Below are positions 29,315-40,042 of a stretch of DNA of 64,000 bases, piece after piece (position 1 is the stretch's first letter; each line of letters begins with the position of its first letter). The notes beneath the pieces are model-generated. The model was not told the origin of the DNA. It did not search any database and worked only from the letters and a program-made list of their open reading frames with translations. The DNA is from Alphaproteobacteria bacterium (GTDB lineage Bacteria > Pseudomonadota > Alphaproteobacteria > UBA7879 > UBA5542), in the NCBI GenBank assembly GCA_037146715.1, contig JBAWWO010000003.1, forward strand, positions 65,939 to 129,938, written 5' to 3'. A program made the position numbers and the translations under genes.

Positions 29315-31867
29315 TTGATGTCAACACCTTATAATTTTAAAAAAGTCGAGCCTAAGTGGCAGAAGCATTGGGCTGAGCAGAATTGCTTTGCAGCCCACGA
29401 TGATAAACCCAACAAGTATTACGTATTAGAAATGTTGCCCTATCCATCGGGCCGCCTGCATATGGGCCATGTACGCAACTACGTGATGGGGGATGTGGTG
29501 GCGCGCTCTAAAAAAGCACAGGGCTTTAACGTGTTGCATCCTTTTGGTTGGGATGCCTTTGGACTACCTGCTGAAAACGCAGCCATTCAAAACAAAACGC
29601 ACCCTGCCAAGTGGACACGGGAAAATATTCAAACTATGAAGGGCCAAATTCAGTCTTTGGGCCTTAGCTATGATTGGTCACGGGAACTTGCAACCTGTGA
29701 ACCCGAGTACTACCAACACGAACAAAAAATGTTTCTGGATTTTTTGGCTAAAGACTTGGCTTATCGGAAAGAATCTTGGGTGAACTGGGACCCGATTGAA
29801 CAAACGGTTTTAGCCAATGAACAAGTGGTTGATGGTAAGGGTTGGCGATCAGGCGTGCCCGTTGAACGAAAGCTTTTATCCCAATGGTTTTTGAAAACAA
29901 CAGCCTTTGCAGAAGACTTGCTGCAATCTTTAGAAACCCTAAAAGACTGGCCCGCGAAAGTTACAACCATGCAGCACAACTGGATTGGGAAATCCGTTGG
30001 GGCCTATATTGATTTCAAACTGAATGATTCTGCAGATTCAATTCGCGTATTTACAACCCGGCCGGATACCTTGTTTGGCGCTTCCTTTTTAGCCATTTCT
30101 CCGGATCATCCTTTAGCGACGAAATTGGCAAAGGATAACAAAATTTTACAAAAATTCATTGAAGAATTTAAAGCCTTGGGAACCAGCGAAAAAAGTCTTC
30201 AGACCACTGAGAAAAAAGGTTTCTTAACGCACCTTAAGGTTGCATCGCCCTTTGAACCTGATCAGCTGCTGCCCGTCTTTGTGGCTAATTATGTGCTTAT
30301 GGACTATGGCACTGGGGCTGTTTATGGATGCCCAGCTCATGATGAGCGGGATTATGAATTTGCCCATAAATACAAGTTACCCATTCGCCCTGTGCTTTCT
30401 GCATTGCCTCATGGGGAGCCCCTGGATGTTTCTAAGGAAGCTTATGGGGGGGAAGGATTCCTGTGTAATTCTGGATTTTTAAATGGGCTTTCTATAGAGG
30501 CTGCCAAGATAAAAGCTATCGACGCTTTGCAAAAACAATCCTTGGGTGAATCCACGATCATCTATCGTTTAAAGGATTGGGGGGTTTCTCGCCAACGGTA
30601 TTGGGGCTGCCCAATTCCGATTATTTACTGTGATCATTGTGGGGTGGTTCCAGTTCCTGCGGATCAGTTGCCCGTGACTTTGCCTGAAGACGTGACCTTT
30701 GATAAGCCAGGCAATCCCCTGGAACATCACCCCACCTGGAAACATACAACGTGCCCAAAATGTAAGGGGAAAGCACGCCGTGAGACGGATACTTTTGATA
30801 CTTTTTTTGAATCCTCTTGGTACTTTTTAAGATATTGTTCCCATCCAACAGATAAGGCTTTTGATCGATCTATTACAGAATCTTGGATGCCTGTCGACCA
30901 GTATATTGGTGGGGTTGAGCATGCGGTGATGCATTTGCTGTATTCCCGATTTTTCATGCGGGCCCTTTCTGCGTGTGGGTATTTGAAATTGGATGAACCT
31001 TTCAAAGCCCTGATGACCCAGGGCATGGTATGTCACGAAACTTATCGCACAGCAGATGGCCAGTGGGTTTACCCGGGCGATGTTGTATTCAAGGAAGGCA
31101 AAGCTTATTCCACAAAGGGAGAAGCGCTAAAAATTGGCCCTTCTGAGAAGATGAGTAAATCCAAGTGTAATGTGGTGGACCCATCTGACATGCTGGAAGC
31201 TTATGGAGTTGATACAGTCCGCTTATTTATTCTTTCTGACTCACCTCCTGATCGGGACTTCGACTGGTCTGAAGCAGGGTTACAAGGGTGTTGGCGTTAT
31301 GTGAACAAGTTGTGGAAGTTGCTGGATGAGGTGACAGAAAAGTATTGTGGATCTTCCGGTGGGCAGCCTTCTGCTAAGGCCCAAGCGGTTGAAAAGAGAC
31401 TGCATCAAACCATTTTGGCAGTAAAACAGGACTATGAACAATTTCATTTCAATAAAGCAATTGCCCGTGTTCGTGAGTTGTCTAATGCGATTGAAGATCT
31501 TTCTTTAGATCATAAAGATGACCTTGCTGTAGCCTATGAATCTCTTAAGGTTTTGTTGCAACTGATTGCCCCCATGATGCCTCATTTAGCTGAAGAAGCG
31601 TGGCAAAGTCTTTATAAGGAATCGGGATTTATTTTTGATGCCCCCTGGCCCAAGGCAGATCCTAAACTTGCCGCGGAAGATAAGATTATCCTCGCGGTTC
31701 AGGTGAACGGCAAGATGCGGGGAACCTTGGAAGTTGACAAGGGTTTGACAGAAAAAGATCTGCTAGAGTTAGCGCTAAATATGCCAACCGTTCAAGGGGC
31801 TGTGGCTGATAAAAGCATTAGAAAAACGATTGTAATTCCGAATAGGGTGGTCAATATTGTTGTATAA
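29315..31867 (+). CDS. leuS: leucine--tRNA ligase
   Basis: 850 aa with class I HMGH ([15 protein letters not shown]) and KMSKS (EKMSKSKCN) motifs and the CP1 editing domain. Confidence 0.95.
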   Translation: MMSTPYNFKKVEPKWQKHWAEQNCFAAHDDKPNKYYVLEMLPYPSGRLHMGHVRNYVMGDVVARSKKAQGFNVLHPFGWDAFGLPAENAAIQNKTHPAKWTRENIQTMKGQIQSLGLSYDWSRELATCEPEYYQHEQKMFLDFLAKDLAYRKESWVNWDPIEQTVLANEQVVDGKGWRSGVPVERKLLSQWFLKTTAFAEDLLQSLETLKDWPAKVTTMQHNWIGKSVGAYIDFKLNDSADSIRVFTTRPDTLFGASFLAISPDHPLATKLAKDNKILQKFIEEFKALGTSEKSLQTTEKKGFLTHLKVASPFEPDQLLPVFVANYVLMDYGTGAVYGCPAHDERDYEFAHKYKLPIRPVLSALPHGEPLDVSKEAYGGEGFLCNSGFLNGLSIEAAKIKAIDALQKQSLGESTIIYRLKDWGVSRQRYWGCPIPIIYCDHCGVVPVPADQLPVTLPEDVTFDKPGNPLEHHPTWKHTTCPKCKGKARRETDTFDTFFESSWYFLRYCSHPTDKAFDRSITESWMPVDQYIGGVEHAVMHLLYSRFFMRALSACGYLKLDEPFKALMTQGMVCHETYRTADGQWVYPGDVVFKEGKAYSTKGEALKIGPSEKMSKSKCNVVDPSDMLEAYGVDTVRLFILSDSPPDRDFDWSEAGLQGCWRYVNKLWKLLDEVTEKYCGSSGGQPSAKAQAVEKRLHQTILAVKQDYEQFHFNKAIARVRELSNAIEDLSLDHKDDLAVAYESLKVLLQLIAPMMPHLAEEAWQSLYKESGFIFDAPWPKADPKLAAEDKIILAVQVNGKMRGTLEVDKGLTEKDLLELALNMPTVQGAVADKSIRKTIVIPNRVVNIVV

Positions 31868-32366
31868 TTTGGGTCTTATTATTCTATCCTTGTTTCTTTC
31901 CAGCTGTGGATTCACACCCCTGTATAACCAAAAGTCTGATGGCTATTTGGGCCAAGTTAAGGTGGGAACCATTGAGGAAAGATCAGGGCAAATTTTGCGC
32001 AATATTTTGCTGGAGTCCTTTTCTCCCTTTGGGGAAGAACGCCCTCTTTATGAAATAAATGCCCAGGTTAATTATTCGACCCGCAATCTATCTGTGCAAA
32101 AGGACGCAACTACAACCAGGGCTCAGGCCGTTGTGCAGGTTGATTTTTCTCTGACTCACATTGGGTCTGGAAAAGTCTTGTTTAAGGGAACGGAATCATC
32201 GGTCGCTGACTATAATATTTTGACCTCATCCCCCTATTCCACATTGATTTCTAAAAAAGATGCCCATGTTCGTTTGCTAGATGGCATTGCTCTTGGTATC
32301 CGCAGACAAGTTGCCACTTTTTTCAAGGGATACAAACCTAAAAATCATGAAAATAAACAAGGCTGA
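31857..32366 (+). CDS. lptE: LPS-assembly lipoprotein LptE
   Basis: 169 aa with a lipobox (LSSCGF). It sits in the conserved leuS-lptE-holA arrangement and overlaps the leuS stop. Confidence 0.75.
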   Translation: MLYNLGLIILSLFLSSCGFTPLYNQKSDGYLGQVKVGTIEERSGQILRNILLESFSPFGEERPLYEINAQVNYSTRNLSVQKDATTTRAQAVVQVDFSLTHIGSGKVLFKGTESSVADYNILTSSPYSTLISKKDAHVRLLDGIALGIRRQVATFFKGYKPKNHENKQG

Positions 32367-33327
32367 TCTTTCTTCAACCCTTAAAAAACAAGGGACTACT
32401 TTTAAGTCTTTGTTGTTTTATGGGGATCAAGAGGGTTGGGTGGCCTCAGAAGTTGAGAATGCCCTTCGCCTCAATTTTCCTAAGACTCCCATTAAACGAA
32501 TTTATGAAGAAGTTTTACTCCAAAAGAAAATTTTTCTATCAGACCTTTTATCTTCCAACAATCTTTTTGGAGACAATGAGCTGATTCTAGTCACCCAAGC
32601 AACGGACAAGCTGTGTCCCCTTTTAAAGGAAGTTTTGTCTCAAGATCGAGACACCCTATTTATTGTTCAATCATCCGAATATCTGGGACCTTCTTCCAAA
32701 TTAAGGCAGCTTTATGAAAAAGAATCTACCTTGGGATCTATTCCCTGTTATGCCCCTGATGTACGCACTTTAAGTGCTGCGGTTAAGAATTATTTTGCCT
32801 CAGAACAAAAGATTATTTCCGATGCTTTGGCTCATCAAGTGGCAGGATTGTTTCTGAAGGATGCCTCCCTGTTAAGTAGTGAACTGAAAAAGCTGTGTAC
32901 GTATATGGGAGATAAAACCCATGTACTGGAAGAAGATATCGCAAAGGTCCTAAGCCCCTTAGTCACGGAAGATACGCAAAGGTTAGTGGCGTCATTTTTG
33001 GCTAAAGATAAAAAAGCACTGCAAGAGGAATGTGATCTGAATAAAGTGAGCAACCCCATTGGTTTAATTCGGGAACTGTTGAACAAATTGATTCGCTTGC
33101 ATCATGCTAAAGCCTTGGCGGGCACCCATTCCGCGGATCAACTTTTATTCATGGTATCTCCCCCCGTTTTCTTTACAGAAAAAGCCCAATTTTTAAATCA
33201 GTTGCGCTTGTGGAATGCACAAGATCTTGAGACAACGGTTTTGAAACTGTTGGCATTAGAGTCTCAATGTAAATTGAATAGTCAACTATCTGAAGATTTG
33301 TTCAAAAACTTTTGTTTGAAGTTCTAG
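32347..33327 (+). CDS. holA: DNA polymerase III subunit delta
   Basis: About 326 aa, with the start taken at the ATG at 32347 (MKINKADL…) inside the longer ORF. The position after lptE and the delta-subunit-like helical C-terminus support the call. Confidence 0.7.
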   Translation: MKINKADLSSTLKKQGTTFKSLLFYGDQEGWVASEVENALRLNFPKTPIKRIYEEVLLQKKIFLSDLLSSNNLFGDNELILVTQATDKLCPLLKEVLSQDRDTLFIVQSSEYLGPSSKLRQLYEKESTLGSIPCYAPDVRTLSAAVKNYFASEQKIISDALAHQVAGLFLKDASLLSSELKKLCTYMGDKTHVLEEDIAKVLSPLVTEDTQRLVASFLAKDKKALQEECDLNKVSNPIGLIRELLNKLIRLHHAKALAGTHSADQLLFMVSPPVFFTEKAQFLNQLRLWNAQDLETTVLKLLALESQCKLNSQLSEDLFKNFCLKF

Positions 33328-33363
33328 GATTTCTTTGGTACCCTAAAAAAAACAGGGGGAACC

Positions 33364-33771
33364 ATGAACGCTATTTCTAAAAAGATTTTCTTAAGCATTA
33401 TTTTTTTGAGCCTTATGGGTCTTGCCATGCCGTCAGATTCTGTTGCAAGCCAGCAGGATGCACGGACCCTGTTTTGGAATAAAATATATTCATCTACGCA
33501 GTCAAAAGTTACAGAACTTGTGCATGGAAATAATAACGAAACTAAAACCCCAAAAGATGAATTGACCTATTCAGTGGCTAAGGCCCTTATGCAGTATTTT
33601 GATACTCATCCAAAAGTTGCAAAAATTGATCCGCTGATCAACAGATTGTTAAATAAGTTGGTGGTTAGCATGAAGTTTTTTGTAACAACACAGGGCCATT
33701 CAACTGCTAAAATTGAAAGCATTTTGAATAGCGAATTGTCCCAAATCCCTGCTAGTGATTTGAAGAGCTAA
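33364..33771 (+). CDS. hypothetical secreted protein
   Basis: 135 aa with signal peptide MNAISKKIFLSIIFLSLMGLAMP and a GGGGA-like SD upstream. Confidence 0.45.
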   Translation: MNAISKKIFLSIIFLSLMGLAMPSDSVASQQDARTLFWNKIYSSTQSKVTELVHGNNNETKTPKDELTYSVAKALMQYFDTHPKVAKIDPLINRLLNKLVVSMKFFVTTQGHSTAKIESILNSELSQIPASDLKS

Positions 33772-34723
33772 GAGCTTTTAGCCTGGGTTCTATTTTTTTA
33801 AGAACTTCTTCGTGATCCCTTAGAGGAGGGTAAGAAAATTTGTCAAAAGTTCCCATAAAGTTGCGAACAAAGCCCTTTTCTTTCAGATCAGAAATAAACT
33901 TACTCAATCGGTTGGATCGAGATTTAAGCTCAAGAACATAAACAGATTTTTCGGTTGTCAGAGCTTCGCTTATCATAGACACGGAATCCGTTGTTACGAC
34001 CAAGAAATCAGCCAACCCTAAAAATCCTAAATAGGGGTTGTCGCCCGTTCCATCCCAAAAATAGGCAGGAGTGTCTTGCAGGGCTTCTTTAAAGGCTGTT
34101 AAGGCTTCAGAGGGCGTCCGCCGGGACGCAGTAATCAAAAAACCCATGGGGTTCTTCAAAGCAGCCTTTCGGATCAAACCCCCGAATTCCTTCATAAGTT
34201 CTAGCGTCATGGAGTGGTGTCGACTGTTGCCGCCCAACATAATAGTGGCTAAAGGCCGCGGCAAAGAGGGTAATAATTTTTCCCATTTTTTGGCCTCAAT
34301 CCTTAAAGTTTCCTTTTTCAAAAAAGCCATGGCCCCTGTAATGGAAATGACATTTTTTCCCACCAGTTCATCATGGGAAGGAGCAATAATAAAATCAAAC
34401 TTGGCTGGGTCCAAATGAGGGTTTTGAATATAAATAACCAGAATTTTCGGGCCTAATAACTTCTTGATGGCCGCTAAGGGAGCCGCTGCAATTCGGCTGG
34501 ATCCGATAATAACCTGGGGCCATGGGCCATTCAGTAAATTCCCTTTTGCTGATAAACCCTTTAAGGGGCAAAACCATAGACGAGGCGGCAAAAACTTCCA
34601 GGGATTGCGGGCCTGAATTCTTTTTACTTCGGGCGTTAGGTTAAGCAGGCTAGCTAGGGCTAAGCATTGCTTTTCCGTACCGATTTTTCCGTCCGTTACA
34701 ATCCAAGTTTTCAAAGATTTCAA
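33752..34723 (-). CDS. ELM1/GtrOC1-family protein (mitochondrial-fission ELM1 homologue; putative glycosyltransferase fold)
   Basis: 323 aa. The N-terminus IVTDGKIGTEKQCLALASLL is characteristic of the alphaproteobacterial ELM1 (DUF1022) family. Confidence 0.55.
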   Translation of the reverse strand: MKSLKTWIVTDGKIGTEKQCLALASLLNLTPEVKRIQARNPWKFLPPRLWFCPLKGLSAKGNLLNGPWPQVIIGSSRIAAAPLAAIKKLLGPKILVIYIQNPHLDPAKFDFIIAPSHDELVGKNVISITGAMAFLKKETLRIEAKKWEKLLPSLPRPLATIMLGGNSRHHSMTLELMKEFGGLIRKAALKNPMGFLITASRRTPSEALTAFKEALQDTPAYFWDGTGDNPYLGFLGLADFLVVTTDSVSMISEALTTEKSVYVLELKSRSNRLSKFISDLKEKGFVRNFMGTFDKFSYPPLRDHEEVLKKIEPRLKALSSSNH

Positions 34724-34977
34724 AGTTTTTCCCTTGCTTTTTATGGGATAGAAACGGAGGATTCCAGTGCCACAACACTTAGAATCCCACCAACCATATA
34801 AACCTAGAAATAAGGTCTAAATGACTAACAACTAGGAAAACTTAACCTATTTTTTCTAACTTTTAAAGAGATTTGATAAAGGTAAGGATGGATTTTTGGG
34901 GTGAGTCCGAGGAAAACAAGAGCTCGTTTCTATGAGACCATCTTTACTTAATCCAGTTTTTCTGCCATGTATTAGGA

Positions 34978-35532
34978 ATGGTTAAACACTCAACAGAGCA
35001 AAAGAAATTTTTGGCCTTTATCAAGTCTGCAAAGGAAACAAATCCTCCTTTTGGGCCGGATACTCGATACTATCTTGACCTATACGAACACTTCCGCTTA
35101 GGCAAATGGTTTCAAAGCTGGAACTGGGCTGTGTTTTTACTTAGTTTTTTTGATCTTGATTACTATTGGTTTCTTTATCGTCGTATGTATTGGAATGCAT
35201 TTTTTCTTTTCCTTGGGCGTACAACCTTTATTGTAAGTCTGATTTTTGCTCTCCAAAAGGTTAATTTGGGCCCCTATCTGCCCAAAATTATCATTTATCT
35301 TTTTAGAATGATTTTGTCTTTAGGTTTAGGAGTTTTTGCTAATGCTTTGTACTTTAAATTTGTAAAAAGAAAAATGTATTCAGTAAAGCCGGGCCAAGGC
35401 CTTGGGCCAAATCCCATTTTACCTATTATTGTTTTGATGATTCAAATAGCTTATTTATCAATGATTTTCAGATTACTTATCGATCAGCCAGAAGCCTTTA
35501 AAAAGTTATTACAAGGATTTTACTTTTCATGA
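34978..35532 (+). CDS. DUF2628 domain-containing membrane protein
   Basis: 184 aa. The W-rich motif (WFQSWNWAVFLL…YYWFLYRRMYW) followed by TM helices matches DUF2628. Confidence 0.5.
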   Translation: MVKHSTEQKKFLAFIKSAKETNPPFGPDTRYYLDLYEHFRLGKWFQSWNWAVFLLSFFDLDYYWFLYRRMYWNAFFLFLGRTTFIVSLIFALQKVNLGPYLPKIIIYLFRMILSLGLGVFANALYFKFVKRKMYSVKPGQGLGPNPILPIIVLMIQIAYLSMIFRLLIDQPEAFKKLLQGFYFS

Positions 35533-36503
35533 ACCAAATTGCTGTTATAGGATGCGGAGATTGGGGCAAAAACAGTGTTAAGACGCTGGCTCGTCTACAT
35601 AAGTTGGGGGCATTGGTTGATCATCCAACACCTGATAAAATTGCCCTGGCGAATCAGTATAATCTGAAGATTTCATCTCTTGAGGAAGTCCTGGCCAGCC
35701 CTCTTATTAAGGGTTGTGTGATTGTGACCCCCACGGCAACTCACTTTCCTTTGGCTGAAGCGTGTCTGAAAGTGGGAAAGCATGTTTTTTTAGAAAAGCC
35801 TTTTACAGCGAATGTCCTGCAAGCAGAAAAGCTTGTGAGCTTGGCTGAAAAAGAGCATCTGTCTTTAATGGTGGGGCATTTGCTTAGATATCATCCTGCT
35901 TTCTTAAAGGTTGTGGAATGTGTTCAACAGGGGTTGGTTGGTTCTGTCATTACCATTGAATCTTTTCGTAAGAATTTGGGAAAAATATTCCCCAAGGAAG
36001 GCATTCTGTGGGATATGGGCCCCCATGATTTATCGATGATTTTGACGCTTATGGGCAAAAATCCAAAGAAAATTCTTGCTGTTGGACAGTCTTGTTTTGT
36101 AGAGCCCTATTTAGATATTTGCAGTCTGTATTTAGATTATGGTTCTATCAAAACCAGCAGCCATCTTTCTCGCGCTCATTTTCAAAAGGAACAACGTCTT
36201 GTGGTGACGGGCGAAAAGGGAACTCTAGTTTTTGATGATACAAAGCCGTGGGGTGAAAAGGTTGTGTTTTATAAAACCTATGCGGAAAAAAAGGATGGAT
36301 CTTTCATTTTGCATAAAGATCTTCAGGGGACTGCCTTGCCTTTATCGCCTGCCGAACCTTTGCAACTAGAGCTTGAACATTTCGTTCAAGCGGTTGAAAA
36401 GGGCACGAAACCTTTAACCGATGGACATGAGGCCTTGCAGGTTATTAAAATTCTATCAGCAGCAGAAACATCTTTAAACCAGGGAATGTGGGAAAAAATT
36501 TAA
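35529..36503 (+). CDS. Gfo/Idh/MocA family NAD(P)-dependent oxidoreductase
   Basis: 324 aa with an N-terminal Rossmann GxGxxG (IAVIGCGDWG) and the EKP motif (VFLEKPF). The start overlaps the upstream gene's stop. Confidence 0.8.
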   Translation: MNQIAVIGCGDWGKNSVKTLARLHKLGALVDHPTPDKIALANQYNLKISSLEEVLASPLIKGCVIVTPTATHFPLAEACLKVGKHVFLEKPFTANVLQAEKLVSLAEKEHLSLMVGHLLRYHPAFLKVVECVQQGLVGSVITIESFRKNLGKIFPKEGILWDMGPHDLSMILTLMGKNPKKILAVGQSCFVEPYLDICSLYLDYGSIKTSSHLSRAHFQKEQRLVVTGEKGTLVFDDTKPWGEKVVFYKTYAEKKDGSFILHKDLQGTALPLSPAEPLQLELEHFVQAVEKGTKPLTDGHEALQVIKILSAAETSLNQGMWEKI

Positions 36504-36678
36504 AAGAAAAAATATTTTTCTCTTTTCCCCTTGCCATGGATGATCTTATGGTGTAAAAATTTCCTTAATGATAGGGAGTACTTAGCAGAAGGGAAATAGC
36601 AAAAAATCTTCTTCATCTAACTCCTATAAAAAACCTCAAATGCTATTCTTTTTTGTTTAGGTTTCCCTGTCAGTTTCT

Positions 36679-37434
36679 ATGGGGGCTGCTATTAGTATAA
36701 CATCGTCAAATTCTGTTCGAGCTGCCGCAAGTGTGTTGAAGAAAACACGCTTGGAGAGAGGCTATAAGGTTACAGATGTTGTGCGCGCCCTGAATATCAG
36801 CGAAGATTACGTGAAAGCTTTAGAATCTGGTGATGTAAGTCGATTGCCTTCGGAAGTTTATGTTATTGGATTTGCTAAGTCCTATGCTCATTTTTTGGGT
36901 ATTGATGAACAAACTGTTGTCAAATCCTTTAAAGAAGTTTTTCAAAAACCTGAAATTCAAGAACCAAATGACAAACTAGAAGAAAAGGGCGCAATGCCCT
37001 CTTTTAATCTGAAAGCTCTTCAAGATTTTTTTCAAATGATAAATGCAAAACAACTTTTAAGCATTTTGGGATTTTTGTTGCTAGCTATTGTGGGGTACAA
37101 GGTCATAAAGTCTGGATCTAAAGACACACCTGTGGTTGAAGATGTTGTGCTTGCACAAGAAAAACCAAAATCCCAATCAATAATTCAGCCTGCAAAAACA
37201 ATGGAAGCACCCGTTGTTGTGGAGCCTGCTAACACTCAGATGGTTCCACCGTCAAGAACAGCTAAATATCCCTTTGCAGTGATGGATGTTAAATATGTAA
37301 AGCCAGTTGCTCCTCAACCTACTCAGGAAGAAAAAGATTCACCAGATGTTTCCTCTGGAGATAGCTCAACGTCTCAAGTATCTCTGTTAAACCTGGCAAA
37401 AAGCTCAATTGATCAAAACAAGACAGCTGAGTAA
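36679..37434 (+). CDS. rodZ: RodZ-like helix-turn-helix cytoskeleton protein
   Basis: 251 aa with an N-terminal XRE-type HTH carrying the RodZ signature (…DYVKALESGD…LPSEVYVIGFAKSYAHFLGID) and a single TM segment. The C-terminus is low-complexity. Confidence 0.55.
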   Translation: MGAAISITSSNSVRAAASVLKKTRLERGYKVTDVVRALNISEDYVKALESGDVSRLPSEVYVIGFAKSYAHFLGIDEQTVVKSFKEVFQKPEIQEPNDKLEEKGAMPSFNLKALQDFFQMINAKQLLSILGFLLLAIVGYKVIKSGSKDTPVVEDVVLAQEKPKSQSIIQPAKTMEAPVVVEPANTQMVPPSRTAKYPFAVMDVKYVKPVAPQPTQEEKDSPDVSSGDSSTSQVSLLNLAKSSIDQNKTAE

Positions 37435-37511
37435 TCTTTCAGAACGGTATTATTTCCTTTAAAAATTCCTAATATTATTCTATTTTAAAGATATAGTTTA
37501 TTTGAAGGATT

Positions 37512-39788
37512 TTGATGGCCTATAAATTTTCGCAAACAAAAAAGATTTCCTTTTTTTCAGAAGAAGTTAAGTTCTTTTTCATTAAAAGACTGATTGAACT
37601 TTCAGGCCTTTTCTTGATTGTGCTGGGGTTTGTTAGTTTTGCAAGTCTGGCCAGCTATAGGGCGGGGGATCTTTCTTTCAATACGTTTTCTCAAGAGCCT
37701 ATCCATAACCTTATGGGCTCTTTTGGCAGTCATTTTGCTGATTTATTATTTCAAACTTTTGGCCCCATTGCCTATATTATTCCCTTTATCTTTTTTGCCT
37801 GGGGTGCTCATGTAGCGTTGTTACGCCATGTTAACCATATGAAGTGGCGATTATTTGTTTTGATTGCTGCCTTATGTGCCTTGTGTGTGGGTAGTACTTT
37901 GTTTAGTCACAGTTCAGCCTTTGGGCTTCTTTTGGCCTATCGCTTAGATGTTGTTGGGAACATCTCTGACTTTATTCCTATCACATTGTTCAAGCTTCTT
38001 TTAGGGGTTGCAGGGGGGGCGGCCTATCTATGGTCGCTGGATATTCCAAAGGAAATGCGTGACTTCGTTGCCCAAGGCTTTTTGAAGATTGGAACCTATG
38101 TCTGGGGGCTTATTCGCAACCTGATTTTCAAAGATCCCTTTCCTGAATCAACGCCGGCCCCTGTTATGGCAGAAAGCTTTGCTACAGAATCTGTGGAAAT
38201 GGCAGAGGAGGTTGATTTTGATGAAGCCCCCCAAGCCCTTTCCCCCGTCAAAGAAAAGATAAAACCGGTGATGGAATTGCCAAAAGTTGCAAGGGAACGG
38301 AACATGAATTACAAAAGCCCGCCCTTGGATTTGTTGCAAGAAGACAGCAACTTAAAGACTCCTCCTATTCAAAAACAAGCGTTGCAAGAACAGGCGGATA
38401 AGCTGCTTTCCACATTGCAAGATTTCGGGGTTCAGGGAGAAATTTCAAATGTTTACCCAGGCCCTGTTGTAACGCTTTATGAATTTAAACCAGCGCCGGG
38501 CATGAAATCATCCCGGATTATTTCCCTGTCTGACGATATTGCCCGGTCCATGAGTTCAGTTTCTGCCCGTATTGCAAATATTCCAGGCTACAATGCCTTG
38601 GGCATAGAGTTACCCAACCCCACCCGTCAAACGGTTTATATGCGGTCTTTATTACAAGACCAAACCTATGATAAAACGGCGGCCCATTTGCCCTTGATTT
38701 TGGGGAAAAACATTAGTGGGGAGCCCATTGTGGCAGATTTAAGCAAAATGCCCCATTTGTTGGTGGCGGGAACAACTGGATCCGGTAAATCTGTGGCGAT
38801 TAATGCCATGATTTTATCTTTGATTTACAAGTTGTCTCCTGAAGAATGCAAATTCATTATGATTGACCCTAAGATGCTGGAACTTTCTGTTTATGATGGT
38901 ATTCCACATTTGTTAAGCCCCGTAGTCACAGATCCTCATAAAGCCGTTATGGCCCTGAAATGGACCGTTCACGAAATGGAAAACAGGTATCAAGCTATGT
39001 CTAAGCTAGGCGTGCGGAATATTGAGGGCTACAACCATCGGATCATGCAGGCTAAAGAAAAGGGTGAAAATTTAACCCGCCGTTTGCAAACGGGTTTTGA
39101 GCCGCAAACCGGAAAACCTATTTTTGAAGACCAACCTATTGAGCTGAAACCCTATCCCTTTATCGTTGTCATCGTGGACGAAATGGCGGACCTGATGTTG
39201 GTGGCGGGGAAAGATATTGAAACAGCGGTGCAGCGCTTGGCTCAGATGGCGCGGGCGGCGGGAATTCATTTGATTATGGCCACCCAACGACCCTCGGTTG
39301 ACGTTATCACAGGAACTATTAAGGCAAACTTCCCGACCCGGATTAGTTTTCAGGTGACCTCAAAAATTGACAGCCGCACCATTCTAGGCGAACAAGGGGC
39401 CGAGCAGCTTCTGGGGCAGGGAGATATGCTTTATATGGCGGCAGGGGGGCGCATTTCCCGTATTCATGGCCCCTTTGTGAGAGACCAGGAAGTTGAGCGT
39501 ATTGTGCAGTTTGTAAAGTCTCAAGGAGATCCAGAATACGAAACCTCAATCACAACAGAAGAGTCAGAGGGCGCAGGGTTCTATGGGGCTGAAAATTCAG
39601 GAGACGGTCTTTACGATCAGGCCATGAATTTGGTTCTGCAAGAAAGAAAAGTATCCACTAGCTTCATCCAACGGCACTTGCAAATTGGCTATAATCGGGC
39701 CGCCCGCATTGTTGAGAAGATGGAGCAGGAGGGTGTTGTCAGCAAACCCAACCATGTGGGGAAGCGGGAAATTTTGGTGGGGAATTAG
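37512..39788 (+). CDS. ftsK: DNA translocase FtsK
   Basis: 758 aa with N-terminal TM helices, a linker, and a motor domain with Walker A (GTTGSGKS) and Walker B (VVIVDEMADL). The C-terminal gamma winged-helix domain is present. Confidence 0.95.
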   Translation: MMAYKFSQTKKISFFSEEVKFFFIKRLIELSGLFLIVLGFVSFASLASYRAGDLSFNTFSQEPIHNLMGSFGSHFADLLFQTFGPIAYIIPFIFFAWGAHVALLRHVNHMKWRLFVLIAALCALCVGSTLFSHSSAFGLLLAYRLDVVGNISDFIPITLFKLLLGVAGGAAYLWSLDIPKEMRDFVAQGFLKIGTYVWGLIRNLIFKDPFPESTPAPVMAESFATESVEMAEEVDFDEAPQALSPVKEKIKPVMELPKVARERNMNYKSPPLDLLQEDSNLKTPPIQKQALQEQADKLLSTLQDFGVQGEISNVYPGPVVTLYEFKPAPGMKSSRIISLSDDIARSMSSVSARIANIPGYNALGIELPNPTRQTVYMRSLLQDQTYDKTAAHLPLILGKNISGEPIVADLSKMPHLLVAGTTGSGKSVAINAMILSLIYKLSPEECKFIMIDPKMLELSVYDGIPHLLSPVVTDPHKAVMALKWTVHEMENRYQAMSKLGVRNIEGYNHRIMQAKEKGENLTRRLQTGFEPQTGKPIFEDQPIELKPYPFIVVIVDEMADLMLVAGKDIETAVQRLAQMARAAGIHLIMATQRPSVDVITGTIKANFPTRISFQVTSKIDSRTILGEQGAEQLLGQGDMLYMAAGGRISRIHGPFVRDQEVERIVQFVKSQGDPEYETSITTEESEGAGFYGAENSGDGLYDQAMNLVLQERKVSTSFIQRHLQIGYNRAARIVEKMEQEGVVSKPNHVGKREILVGN

Positions 39789-40042
39789 CAAAAACCTAGC
39801 CTTTTGGCCCTTTATTTCGCTCGTACTCGACGCAAAAATCTAGGTTTTTTTCCTTTTCCGTCATTGCGAAGAAATTCGAAGAAGTTCTGTGGCAATCCAG
39901 CTTCCTTTTTACACAGGGCGTTCCACCCTGGTTACTCCGTAACAGCTGGATCACGACTCCCCCTTTGGGCCTCAAGGATGACGGAAATGGTCAGGTTTCG
40001 GTGCTTTCCCAACATTCGTATACTAAGGGTCAAGTCCCTATG
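39789..40042. repeat. mosaic cluster of palindromic repeat units filling the ftsK/MBL-hydrolase convergent gap
   Basis: It contains a near-palindrome GCAAAAACCTAG…GCAAAAATCTAGGTTTTTTT and a family B-like unit (TCCGTCATTGCGAAG…GGCAATCCAGC). Hairpins CAGGGCGTTCCACCCTG and GTTACTCCGTAAC and a GGGTCAAGTCCC unit are also present. Confidence 0.6.
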
